A stretch of DNA of 64,000 nt from Planctomycetota bacterium (GTDB taxonomy: Bacteria; Planctomycetota; GCA-002687715; CAIWVZ01): the NCBI GenBank assembly GCA_044222185.1, contig JBGANV010000003.1:96001-160000 (forward strand), given 5' to 3'. The notes beneath the pieces were generated by a model, which saw only the letters and a program-made list of their open reading frames with translations, was not told the origin of the DNA and made no database searches. A program made the position numbers and the translations under genes. Positions 30,384 through 39,368 of the stretch are shown in pieces (position 1 is the stretch's first letter; each line of letters opens with the position of its first letter).

Positions 30384-30785
30384 TCAGCGCTTGCTGAACT
30401 GGAACGAACGGCGTGCGCCGGCGCGGCCGTACTTCTTGCGTTCCTTCATGCGCGCATCACGCGTGAGGAAGCCATTCGAGCGGATCACCGGCTCGAGTGC
30501 CGGGTCCAGCTTGACGAGCGCTCGGGCGACGCCCATGGCGATCGCGCCGGACTGCCCCGTGCCGCCACCACCGAGCGCCGAAACGAGGACGTCGTACTTC
30601 GCCGTTCCTTCGATCGCCGCCAGTGGGCCGCGGGCCGTGATCTGCCAGTCGGTGACCGGCAGGAACTCGTTCAGTTCGCGGCCGTTGACCAGGAAGGTCC
30701 CCGTCCCGGGCCGCACGCGCACGCGCGCGACCGACGATTTCCGACGTCCCGTTCCCCAGATGTAGTTCTGCGTCGCTGTTGCCAC
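30384..30785 (-). CDS. rpsI: 30S ribosomal protein S9
   Basis: GTGRRKSSVARV, GGGGTGQSGA, LTRDAR.KERKKYG...ARRSFQFSKR. GTG start after AAGGA. Confidence 0.97.
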   Translation of the reverse strand: MATATQNYIWGTGRRKSSVARVRVRPGTGTFLVNGRELNEFLPVTDWQITARGPLAAIEGTAKYDVLVSALGGGGTGQSGAIAMGVARALVKLDPALEPVIRSNGFLTRDARMKERKKYGRAGARRSFQFSKR

Positions 30786-30802
30786 GTTTGATTCCTTCGC
30801 AC

Positions 30803-31234
30803 TCAGCCTTTGAACGGCACCGGTTGCTGCGCGCCGTGCGGATGATTGGGCCCGCGATAGACCTTCAGCTTCGTGAAGATGTGACGACCGAGCTTGGTCT
30901 TCGGCAGCATGCGCCGCACCGCCAGCTCGATGATCTCCTCGGGCTTCTCGACGATCATCTCCCGGTAGGGGCGCTCCTTGAGGTTTCCGATGAAGCCGGT
31001 GTGATGGCGGTAGACCTTCGTCTGCGCCTTCTTGCCGGTCACGGTGATCTTCTCGGCGTTGATGACGACGACGAAGTCGCCGGCATCGACGTGGGGCGTG
31101 AAGGTGGGCTTGTGCTTGCCCATCAACATCATGGCGATCTTGGTCGCGAGTCGCCCGAGGACCTGGCCGCTCGCATCCACGAGCTGCCACTGAGCGTTTT
31201 CATGTCCCGGCTTCGCCAGGGTCGTCGTGTTCAT
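30803..31234 (-). CDS. rplM: 50S ribosomal protein L13
   Basis: W.LVDASGQVLGRLAT, GKHKPTFTPHVDAGDFV, RMLPK, HPHGAQQP. Confidence 0.97.
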   Translation of the reverse strand: MNTTTLAKPGHENAQWQLVDASGQVLGRLATKIAMMLMGKHKPTFTPHVDAGDFVVVINAEKITVTGKKAQTKVYRHHTGFIGNLKERPYREMIVEKPEEIIELAVRRMLPKTKLGRHIFTKLKVYRGPNHPHGAQQPVPFKG

Positions 31235-31343
31235 GTTCCGTATCCGAGGGAGGGCATGACGCCGTCCGAAATGCTGGAACCCGAGGCTCTTCCAAACGAA
31301 AAGGGCATGCCGAGAACATGGCACGCCCGCCGAAAGGGACGAC

Positions 31344-31371
31344 ACTATACCAGCCGACTCCCCCCCATCAA
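31344..31371 (-). promoter_or_regulatory. Putative sigma70 promoter of rplM-rpsI
   Basis: Minus strand TTGATG-16nt-TATAGT with an extended TG. Confidence 0.6.
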
Positions 31372-31388
31372 CGGCCGGACCGCGAGCG

Positions 31389-33518
31389 TCATTCGGGGAT
31401 CTCGAAGACGAGGAACGACCCGAGGTCGTTCAGCTGGAAGAGTCCCGCCGGGGAATCGAGGCGCCGGGCGCCTTCCGCCTCCACGAGCAGCCGCCGTCCG
31501 GGCGTGCCCGCCCCCTGGGGCAACGGGCCCGCGAAAGCTCCGATCAGGGCCCTCGGAAGCGCGCCGAATGCCGGGGCGGGCGCCGCCGGATCCAGCGAGA
31601 TTCGCGCACCATCGACGCGGCAGGCATGGGCTCCGCCCCCGTCGATCAGGATCGCGCGTCGGAATGTCGCATGACGGATGCCGAGGACGTCGTCGACCCC
31701 CTCGCGCGTGCGGACGAGGAACCCCCCGCTCCCCTCCGCCTCCAGGCGCAGCGGCGCCGCGTCGACGAGGTCTTCGCGAACGAGGAGCTTGGCGTGGAAC
31801 CGATCCAGGCGGACGTCCTCCAGGCTCGCACCCGCGTCAGCCGTCATGAAGCGTCCGGGAGGGAAACCCGGATCGCGGTAGGCGAGCAGGTTTCGATGCG
31901 CGGGCCAGGGCGTGGACCACGTCTCGCCGCTCATGGACGCATAGCAGCGGAACTGCCGGGCCACGGCGGGCGCGTCGCCCGCGCCGAGGGTCACCACCGT
32001 GCAGGCCTGCGAGTAGACCTGGTTGTCACGGAGGAAGAACGACCGAAGGACGCCCCGCGCCGCGAGAACGACGACCACGACGACGAATCCCACCGAGACC
32101 AGGTAGACGGCCTGAGACTTGTGCGCGTCGAGGCGGAGCGGGAGCAGGAACGCGAGCACGAAGGCGACGTGATAGAGGAAGAGGAACAGGATGAGGCGCG
32201 AGAGATCCAGCGCCTGCCAGTCGGGACTCGCAAAAAGGCTCTTCAGCGTGGCATCGAACGACGCGGCCTCGCGGCGCCGGAATCGGGCGGCATCGCGCAG
32301 AGCCGATGCAGGGTCTGCCGCGCCGTGAATCCACCCTTGTCCGAACGGTTCGTCGCCCGCGGCACGCCCGACCACGACGCAATGCCCGCCGAGCGCGGCG
32401 AACGCTCTCACGGTCGATGCGCCGGTGGCCGCATCCCATTCCGGCTGTCGTACGACGAGCGCATCGAGTGATTCGAGGCCGGCGGCGCCGCCTGGGAAGC
32501 GCAAAAGATCGCCCGCAAGCACCACGAGGGAGGATGAGTCACCGGCCGGGGGCAGGGCGCGCAGCCCCACCGCCTCCGTCACGCCGACGAGCGTGCTCCG
32601 ATCGTCCACGAGGGTCACCCCCAGCGGCACGCGCCGGGTCCGCCCACCGCTCGTCACCTCGAAGTCCGACTCGCCGTGCGTGAGCGTCGCGAAGATCACG
32701 CGGTGCTCACCCGGCTCGACATCGTGGAAGTCGGAGCGGAACCGGAGGGTCGCGTGCCCGGCTCCCCGCGGGACGGTGACCTCCAGCGGCACTCGCGCCC
32801 CCGCGCGGGCGGACGAAAGGCGGGGCGTGATGGTGACGTCGGCGTCGCTCGCCTGGGGCAGGAGACCGCCTGGAACGAGTACGAGCAGGATCGCGGCCGA
32901 CACAAGCTTCGGTCCACGACCACGACGGCGTCGCGCGATCAAAGGGACGAGCAACCACGGCACGACAGCGGCGATGGCGAACCCCGTGATCGATGGGACC
33001 TCGCGCAAACACGCGATGCGATGAATCCATGCCGTCGGCGAGGCGACGGCGAGTGACACCGGCGACGTCAGGCCCAGGCTCGCGGTGAGCACCTCGACGG
33101 CCGGGATGACGAGCCCGAGCGTGACGCCGACCATCGCACAGACGACGTGCGCCGTCGCGCCGAAAGCCGCATGAGCGAGCATCGCCGCCCCCCCCGCGCT
33201 CGCCAGGATGCAGCCGATCGCGACGAGGCCCCCCGCACTCACGCCGGAGATCCACGCGGCCACGACGAGGGGAATCGTGGCGAACATCAGCACGAACAAC
33301 GCGAGCACCCACCAGGGCGCGATGCGCCGAGTCCCGTCCCGGGGAAAATTCGCCGGGAACATCAACAGGAAGAAGCCCAGCAGGAACGACGCGTAGGTGA
33401 CGAGGCTGCTCGAGCGATCGAGCAGCGGCACGACGCCGCTCACGCGGTCGAGGGTGATCAACGGGAGGAGCGAGGCGACGAGGGACAACGCGACGAAGCC
33501 GAGCACGAACCGCGTCAC
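31389..33518 (-). CDS. Hypothetical polytopic membrane protein (N-terminal TM bundle, GATase-like soluble domain, two further TMs)
   Basis: About 7 N-terminal hydrophobic helices, then LESLDALVV...AFAALGGHCVVVG...FGQGWI, then two TMs. GTG start at 33518. Confidence 0.72.
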   Translation of the reverse strand: MTRFVLGFVALSLVASLLPLITLDRVSGVVPLLDRSSSLVTYASFLLGFFLLMFPANFPRDGTRRIAPWWVLALFVLMFATIPLVVAAWISGVSAGGLVAIGCILASAGGAAMLAHAAFGATAHVVCAMVGVTLGLVIPAVEVLTASLGLTSPVSLAVASPTAWIHRIACLREVPSITGFAIAAVVPWLLVPLIARRRRGRGPKLVSAAILLVLVPGGLLPQASDADVTITPRLSSARAGARVPLEVTVPRGAGHATLRFRSDFHDVEPGEHRVIFATLTHGESDFEVTSGGRTRRVPLGVTLVDDRSTLVGVTEAVGLRALPPAGDSSSLVVLAGDLLRFPGGAAGLESLDALVVRQPEWDAATGASTVRAFAALGGHCVVVGRAAGDEPFGQGWIHGAADPASALRDAARFRRREAASFDATLKSLFASPDWQALDLSRLILFLFLYHVAFVLAFLLPLRLDAHKSQAVYLVSVGFVVVVVVLAARGVLRSFFLRDNQVYSQACTVVTLGAGDAPAVARQFRCYASMSGETWSTPWPAHRNLLAYRDPGFPPGRFMTADAGASLEDVRLDRFHAKLLVREDLVDAAPLRLEAEGSGGFLVRTREGVDDVLGIRHATFRRAILIDGGGAHACRVDGARISLDPAAPAPAFGALPRALIGAFAGPLPQGAGTPGRRLLVEAEGARRLDSPAGLFQLNDLGSFLVFEIPE

Positions 33519-33561
33519 GGCGCGATTGTGGCCAGGTGCCTCCAAGGCGGCCGTTCCTCTC

Positions 33562-34455
33562 TCAGTGATCTGGAGTGACGAACGGCGGGTCGACGGTGAC
33601 GTTGACCTTGGCGACGTTCTGGAATTCTGGGTTGCGGTCGTTCACGAGCGCGAGCGCATCCAGCTTCGTGTCGACGGGAAGCTCGATCGGGCCGAGCTTC
33701 CCGATGGAGGCGCTGCCCCACTCCACGATCGTTCCGTTGACGAGTTCGAGAGTGATCTCCGGGCCCCTCTTCCCGCCGACGTTCGTGACGTCGACGGTGA
33801 CGCCGTGCAGGAATCGCGACGCCGCGTGCGCGTCGTGTCGACGCAGGTCGTTCAGGACGCTGAGGCCGTTGAGGACCGACGGAGTCTTGAACGTCCCGCC
33901 GACCCGCGGGATGCGCGGGATCGACTGCTTGTTGCCGCGAATGATCGAGAGGCCGGAAGGCGCGAGTGACGCGCGGTCCTCGAGAACGAAGCCTTGCGCA
34001 TCGACGGTGACACGCCACGCCTCCACGTCGACGACGGCCACGGGCTGGCGCAGGTCCAACTCGACGGCGACGCGGCTCGGGAACATGCGACGAACGGCGT
34101 GAACGCGCTCGACCCACGGGTGCTGCAAGAACGAAGCGCGGAGTTCGTCGTCGAGCGCGGGATCGAGGATCGACCGCGCGGGCACGTCGGCGAGTTTTCG
34201 CAGGTCCTTCGCGACGGCCTCGGGAACGAACGGCGGAAGTTGAGAAAGGTCGATCGACGCAGGATCGACCCGGAAGCGGCTCGAGAGGAGCACGCGGCCC
34301 TTCACGAGGTCGACGAGCACGACGGCGAGGATCGCGATCGACACCAACAGCGCGATCGCGAGCGTCGGCCCGCGCAGGAGTGCGCGACCGTCACCGACGA
34401 GGCGCGGCAAGATCGTCTTGCGCAGGCCGTCGCGTGCATCGAGAGTCGCGGTCAT
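33562..34455 (-). CDS. ftsQ: FtsQ/DivIB-like cell division protein
   Basis: Single TM, POTRA-like HPWVERVHAVRRMFPSRVAVEL..RQPVA, VDAQGFVL; end position of the dcw cluster. Confidence 0.75.
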   Translation of the reverse strand: MTATLDARDGLRKTILPRLVGDGRALLRGPTLAIALLVSIAILAVVLVDLVKGRVLLSSRFRVDPASIDLSQLPPFVPEAVAKDLRKLADVPARSILDPALDDELRASFLQHPWVERVHAVRRMFPSRVAVELDLRQPVAVVDVEAWRVTVDAQGFVLEDRASLAPSGLSIIRGNKQSIPRIPRVGGTFKTPSVLNGLSVLNDLRRHDAHAASRFLHGVTVDVTNVGGKRGPEITLELVNGTIVEWGSASIGKLGPIELPVDTKLDALALVNDRNPEFQNVAKVNVTVDPPFVTPDH

Positions 34456-34482
34456 CGTTCGCCGGTCACCGCAGCGTCAGGA

Positions 34483-34734
34483 TCAGTTGACCTTCGTCGC
34501 CGTCGCCGTCTGCGTCGCCGCGACGAACTTCTTCGCGCTCTGATCCTTCACCTGGCGATACTGGCCCTCGAAGTCTTCCACGAACATCTGAACGGTCTCG
34601 ATGAGACTCTTCAGGACGTCGCGATCGACGTTGACCATCTGGTCCTGGCGGCTGAGCTCGAGCTCGTGATTCATGAGGCCCAGCGCGACACGCACGGGAT
34701 GCAACCGACGATCGACCCACTTTCCGATGTCCAT
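34483..34734 (-). CDS. Small helical hypothetical protein (83 aa) inside the dcw cluster
   Basis: AGGAG RBS, host-like codon usage, amphipathic helices; fills the murB-ftsQ gap. Confidence 0.75.
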   Translation of the reverse strand: MDIGKWVDRRLHPVRVALGLMNHELELSRQDQMVNVDRDVLKSLIETVQMFVEDFEGQYRQVKDQSAKKFVAATQTATATKVN

Positions 34735-34801
34735 GAGGCACTCCTGGAGCGCCAGTCTACCGGCATCGGAGAAAAGCTGTAGGGGACAAGGTGCCCGGAG
34801 A

Positions 34802-35731
34802 TCACACCGCGCGAGACATCCAGACCCGGACTTCGCGTTCGAGCTTCACGCCCGCGTGTCCCAGGACACCGCGTTCGAGTTCCTCGATGAGCGCGAGCAC
34901 GTCCTTCGCCGAGGCGGTCCCCATGTTCTCCACGAAGTTCCCGTGAAGCGGCGACACACGCGCCTCGCCCCTGGCGATGCCTTTCAAACCTGCCGCGTCG
35001 ACGAGCTTCCCCGCGGATTGGCCCACCGGGTTCTTGAAGATGCAGCCGAAGTTCCACCCGGTCGTCGGCTGTGCGGCGTTCTTCTCCTTCAGGATCCGTC
35101 CCGCTTCGCGCTTCAGCGGCAGCCGATCGCCAGGGCGGAGCCGGAACGTCACGGCGGCTACGAGGGCACCCGCGGGAATGCGCGAGGATCGGTAGGAAAA
35201 CGCCAGATCGGCGGCCGTCACCGTTTCGATGCGACCCGACGGCAGAGCGAGGTCGACGGTGTCCACGAACTGGCCGATCTCGCCGTACCGCCCACCGGCA
35301 TTCATGGCGATCGCCCCTCCGATCTGGCCGGGGATGCCGGCGAGCGTTTCGAGGCCGCCGAGTCCCGCGTCCGTCGTCCTGGCGATCAGGTTCGACAGCG
35401 TGACGCCGGCGCCCGCACGCACGTGACTCCCGTCGATGGAGACGGAATCGAGACGGGACGGGTGAAGCACGACGAATTGGAGCGGTTCATCGCCGACGAG
35501 GAGATTGCTGCCGCCGCCGAGGATTCCGTAGCACTCCCCCGCCTCGCGCAGGGCCGACAGGCAGAGCGCGGCGTCGGCGGCGTCGCGGGGCTCCACGAGG
35601 ATCGGGGCCGGCCCGCCGATCCGGATGGTCGTCATGTCCGCGAGCGGCACGTCGGTCCGGATGCGATCCAGGAACGGGGCCGCCCACGCCGGAAATGCAC
35701 GTGGCGGTGTCACGGTGGATTGTGCGGGCAT
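34802..35731 (-). CDS. murB: UDP-N-acetylenolpyruvoylglucosamine reductase
   Basis: RIGGPA, GGGSNLL, GIPG.IGGA..MNAG, FSYRSS, GCIFKNP, HGNF, LEREV. Confidence 0.95.
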   Translation of the reverse strand: MPAQSTVTPPRAFPAWAAPFLDRIRTDVPLADMTTIRIGGPAPILVEPRDAADAALCLSALREAGECYGILGGGSNLLVGDEPLQFVVLHPSRLDSVSIDGSHVRAGAGVTLSNLIARTTDAGLGGLETLAGIPGQIGGAIAMNAGGRYGEIGQFVDTVDLALPSGRIETVTAADLAFSYRSSRIPAGALVAAVTFRLRPGDRLPLKREAGRILKEKNAAQPTTGWNFGCIFKNPVGQSAGKLVDAAGLKGIARGEARVSPLHGNFVENMGTASAKDVLALIEELERGVLGHAGVKLEREVRVWMSRAV

Positions 35732-35797
35732 GGAGCGTCGGCGTCGAGCCCTGAGGCCGAGCGACGGGGGGCGTGTGGCCTCAGCCCCCGCGGGGTT

Positions 35798-36427
35798 TCA
35801 CAGGACGTTGCCGCCCGACGACACCGTGGCGTCCCAGGACGCGTCCGTCGTCGTCAGGGCGCGGGGCCGGTCCTTCTTCGTCCGTCCCGGAGCGGGCGTG
35901 GCCGGCTTCGAGACCTTGGGAGATTTCGCCGGGCCCGAGTTCTGGACCTTCGGGGTCTCCTTCGAGGGCGCGACCTTGGCCGACGGCGGAAGGAGGATCT
36001 TCTGACCAGGCTGGAGCCGGGATTCGACCCGGAGCCCCTTGTTCAGGGCGACGATCTTCCCGACGAGCGCGCCATTCCCGAGTCGGTCGCGGGCGATCTT
36101 CCCGAGGGTCTCGCCCTTCTTCACCGTGTACTCGACGGGCGCCTGCGGCGTGGAGTCGGCCTCGGGCTTCGGCGGGGTGCGTGTGCGCGCCCGGCCTGAA
36201 ACCAGGTCGTTGTAGGTGAATTCCTCGACGGCCTGGGGGATGACGCGGGTCGACTTCGGGCTCGAAGGCGGCGGGGTCGCCGCCGTCTTGGACGTCAGCG
36301 CCCCGGCGAGTCCGGCGGCCGCCGGATCCGCCGTTTTCTTCCCTTCCTCGGTTCCCAGGATGGCCACCCCGGAAAGGACGGCGATCAGGCCGGTAACGAC
36401 GATCAGGGCAACTTTCTCTGGACTCAT
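35798..36427 (-). CDS. Membrane-anchored LysM domain protein
   Basis: N-terminal TM, Pro/Lys-rich linkers, LysM YTVKKGETLGKIA...IVALN...LQPGQKILLP. GAGGGG RBS, ATG 36427. Confidence 0.88.
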   Translation of the reverse strand: MSPEKVALIVVTGLIAVLSGVAILGTEEGKKTADPAAAGLAGALTSKTAATPPPSSPKSTRVIPQAVEEFTYNDLVSGRARTRTPPKPEADSTPQAPVEYTVKKGETLGKIARDRLGNGALVGKIVALNKGLRVESRLQPGQKILLPPSAKVAPSKETPKVQNSGPAKSPKVSKPATPAPGRTKKDRPRALTTTDASWDATVSSGGNVL

Positions 36428-36517
36428 GGGAACCCCTCGCCTAAACAGGACACGTCCGTCGATCCGATGCCATCGAGAACGCGGTGGAGAACGCCGCGCC
36501 CTCGGGGTTGAAAGCCA

Positions 36518-36640
36518 GGAAGCTGCCTCGGCAGATCGAAGGCGCTCGGGCGCCCTCGTTGATGGTTTGCGCGATATGCCAGGCGAGACCAAAGGAAAGA
36601 GGTGGTCTCAATGAATTGTGAGATCGCCGAGGCAGCTTCC
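36518..36640. repeat. 123-nt element bounded by a perfect 15-bp inverted repeat, with internal hairpins
   Basis: GGAAGCTGCCTCGGC (36518-36532) and GCCGAGGCAGCTTCC (36626-36640) are exact reverse complements. Confidence 0.85.
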
Positions 36641-36697
36641 GGTGTGATGTGACGCCTGCCGACCGCCGGCAGGCGTTGAGGGTTTCGATGGAGGTGA

Positions 36698-38029
36698 TCA
36701 CGCGACCTCCTCCAACGTGAGTTCGAGTTGTTTCTCGCGTTGAGCGACGCGGCGCGGGGGGCTTGCCGGCGACGGGTCGGTCGCGGCAACAGCCGGGGCC
36801 GGCGCCTCTGACGGAGAGGCCTTCACCGTCGCCGCAGTTCCGTTCGCCACTCGCGCCACGGAGTTCAGGATCCCGAGGCATACGCCCAGACAGAGGAGCG
36901 ACGATCCGCCGTAGGACACGAACGGCAGGTTGATCCCCTTGGGCGGAACCGTGTCCGTGGCGACGGCGATGTTCACCGCGGCCTGGAGCACGATCATGAA
37001 CGACGCGCCGAACGCCAGACTGAATCCGAGCTGGTCACGCGCGCGGGCCGCGAGCCGCAGCCCGTGAAGGAAGATCAGCACGAACGCCGCGGCGACGGTC
37101 GCCGTTCCCACGAACCCGAGCTGCTGCCCGACGGCGGCAAGCACGAAGTCGTTGTAGATCTTCGACACGTGCCCGAGCTGAGCGCGCCCGCTGCCGATGC
37201 CGACTCCGAACAGGCCGCCGGATCCGATCGCGATGAGCGCTTGCTTCACCTGTCCGATCTTGTCCTCGAACGATCCTTGGAACGAGCGGAGCCGATCCTC
37301 CACGTAGGAGTGGAGGTTGCTCATGCAGATCACGGCGGCCGGGAGGCCGACGGCGACGAACGGCAGCATGTGACTCAAACGCATGCCGTTCACGAGCAGC
37401 ACCGTTCCGCCGAGCACGGCGAGGAACATGGCCGTCCCGTTATCGGGCTCGACGACGACGAGCCCGCAGGTCACACCGAGGATGATCATCCCCGGAACGA
37501 ATCCGCCCCAGAACCGCCGGAGGGCCTCGCCCCGGTTCTGGGCGAAGGCGCTGGCCCAGACGATCACCCCGACCTTCGCGAACTCCGAGGGCTGGAGCTG
37601 CCCGAGCCCGGGCATGGGCAGCCAGCGGTGCGCGCCCAGTTGCTTCGGCATGAAGAGCACGGCGATCAGCAGCACCCAGAGCACGGCCAGCCCCCAGTAG
37701 CACTTCTTCGCGAGCGTCCTGTAGTCGAGGCGCGAGAAGAACACGGCGAGCGCGACGCATCCGGCGAGGGCGTAGAGCTGGCGCTTGAAGTACTTGTACG
37801 GCTCGGCCGCAGGCGTCTCCGGGCCCGTGCTCGTGCTCACGATCATCACGAGCCCGAGCATGGCGAGGAGCGCCGCGAGGACCGTGATCATCCGAGCGGA
37901 TGCCACGGCGGACCCGTCGCCGAGGAGGATGAACCCCTTGGACGGAACCGGGTTCTTCTGGCGGCGCTTCGATCGCGGCGGTGCGGCCGGCGACGCCGAC
38001 GGCAGTTCGATCGCGGTGGCATCAGCCAT
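36698..38029 (-). CDS. ftsW: SEDS family peptidoglycan glycosyltransferase FtsW
   Basis: GAHRWL, QPSEFAK, EPDNGT, GSGGLFGVGIG, NDF, P.KGINLPFVSYGGSS. Confidence 0.93.
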   Translation of the reverse strand: MADATAIELPSASPAAPPRSKRRQKNPVPSKGFILLGDGSAVASARMITVLAALLAMLGLVMIVSTSTGPETPAAEPYKYFKRQLYALAGCVALAVFFSRLDYRTLAKKCYWGLAVLWVLLIAVLFMPKQLGAHRWLPMPGLGQLQPSEFAKVGVIVWASAFAQNRGEALRRFWGGFVPGMIILGVTCGLVVVEPDNGTAMFLAVLGGTVLLVNGMRLSHMLPFVAVGLPAAVICMSNLHSYVEDRLRSFQGSFEDKIGQVKQALIAIGSGGLFGVGIGSGRAQLGHVSKIYNDFVLAAVGQQLGFVGTATVAAAFVLIFLHGLRLAARARDQLGFSLAFGASFMIVLQAAVNIAVATDTVPPKGINLPFVSYGGSSLLCLGVCLGILNSVARVANGTAATVKASPSEAPAPAVAATDPSPASPPRRVAQREKQLELTLEEVA

Positions 38030-39368
38030 GCGCCACCTCCATCGCCAGCAGCCGCTCGAGGCCGATCCCGCGCGAGCCCTTCATCAGGACGAGGCCGCCT
38101 GCATCGAGGAGCCGTGCCGCGTCGTCGTGGGACTCGCCGGTCGTGCGGCGCCACGTGAGGTGGCCCTTGCCGCCGAAGCCGCGCGCGAAATCCGCGCCGT
38201 GCATGCCGATGAAGAGCACGTTCGTGATCCCGGACTGGGCGCACAGGCGTCCCAACTCGGCGTGCGACTCGGACGCTGCAGCGCCCAGCTCGAGCATGTC
38301 GCCGAGGATGGCCGATTTGCGTCCCGGACGGACCTTCATCTCCTCCATCGCTGCAGCGGCGGAGAGCGGGTTCGAGTTGTAGCAGTCCACCAGCACCGTG
38401 GCGTCGCCGACCTGACGGACTTCGCCCCGGAGGGCTGCGGGTCGGATCGCCGCGGCCGCGGCCGCGATGACGCTTTCGTCGATTCCCAGGTGGCGCGCGA
38501 TCGCGGAGGCGAGCAGCAGAGCATGACGCAACACGCCGAAGGCGAGCTGCGTTCCGATCACCGGGCCTCCAGCCGACAGCCGGATGGCCACGGCGCCGGC
38601 CGACGGCACCACTTCGCCCCGGACGTCGGTCGCCCGCGGACCGAAACCGCACCGGACGACGCGCACGTGCGACGGGTAGTTCGCGTCCGCGAGCCACGGG
38701 TTGTCGGCGTTGATGAAGACGATCCCGCCCGGCGGAAGGGCCCGCACGATCGCCAGCTCCTCCTCCAGCACTCCCGCCAGATCGAGGAAACCCTCGAGGT
38801 GCTCGGCGCCGATCGACGTCAGGACTGCGACCGTGGGACGTGCCAGCTCGCAGAGTGGCGCCAGCTCCCCAGGATGATTCGTCCCGAGTTCAGCGACGAG
38901 GACGTCCGTGTCCGCTTCGACGCGGCAGATCGTCAACGGCACACCCAGATGGTTGTTGAAGGAACGCTCGGACGCCACGCTGCGGAACCGCGCCGAGAGC
39001 AGCGTCTGCAGCATCTCCTTCGTCGTCGTCTTGCCTGCGCTGCCGGCAACTCCGATGACTGGACCGGCGAAGCGGCGCCGAACCAGGCGCGCGACGGACG
39101 TGAGGGCCGCGAGCGGATCCTCGACCGCGAGCACGCGCTCGGGGTACGGCCCGTTCTTCTCCGCAAGCACGGCGACGGCACCGGCCTCGAGCGCCGCCGG
39201 GATGAACGTGCGTCCATCCGCCCGCGTACCGCGGAGCGCGACGAACAGGTCTCCCGGTTCGACGGATCGGCTATCGCTCGTGACTCCCGTCACGATCGCG
39301 GCGGCGAGCGCCTCGGGCCACGGAGCGCCGACGGCTTCCGCAATCTCGCGTGCGAGCGTGGGTGTCAC
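38022..39368 (-). CDS. murF: UDP-MurNAc-tripeptide D-Ala-D-Ala ligase
   Basis: DSR....GDLFVAL.G, GSAGKTTTKE, SFNNHLGVP, ELGTNHPGE, DCYNSNP, GDMLELG, KGSRG. Confidence 0.95.
   Translation of the reverse strand: MTPTLAREIAEAVGAPWPEALAAAIVTGVTSDSRSVEPGDLFVALRGTRADGRTFIPAALEAGAVAVLAEKNGPYPERVLAVEDPLAALTSVARLVRRRFAGPVIGVAGSAGKTTTKEMLQTLLSARFRSVASERSFNNHLGVPLTICRVEADTDVLVAELGTNHPGELAPLCELARPTVAVLTSIGAEHLEGFLDLAGVLEEELAIVRALPPGGIVFINADNPWLADANYPSHVRVVRCGFGPRATDVRGEVVPSAGAVAIRLSAGGPVIGTQLAFGVLRHALLLASAIARHLGIDESVIAAAAAAIRPAALRGEVRQVGDATVLVDCYNSNPLSAAAAMEEMKVRPGRKSAILGDMLELGAAASESHAELGRLCAQSGITNVLFIGMHGADFARGFGGKGHLTWRRTTGESHDDAARLLDAGGLVLMKGSRGIGLERLLAMEVAHG

Noticed and set aside
36430-36697. c-di-AMP riboswitch, SRP RNA, 6S RNA or tRNA identity for the intergenic element
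   Set aside because: Hallmark motifs (GCTGAA...GGGGTGAA, TCAGG..GGAAGCAGC, T-loop and CCA, long central bubble) were not found; kept as an unknown element.
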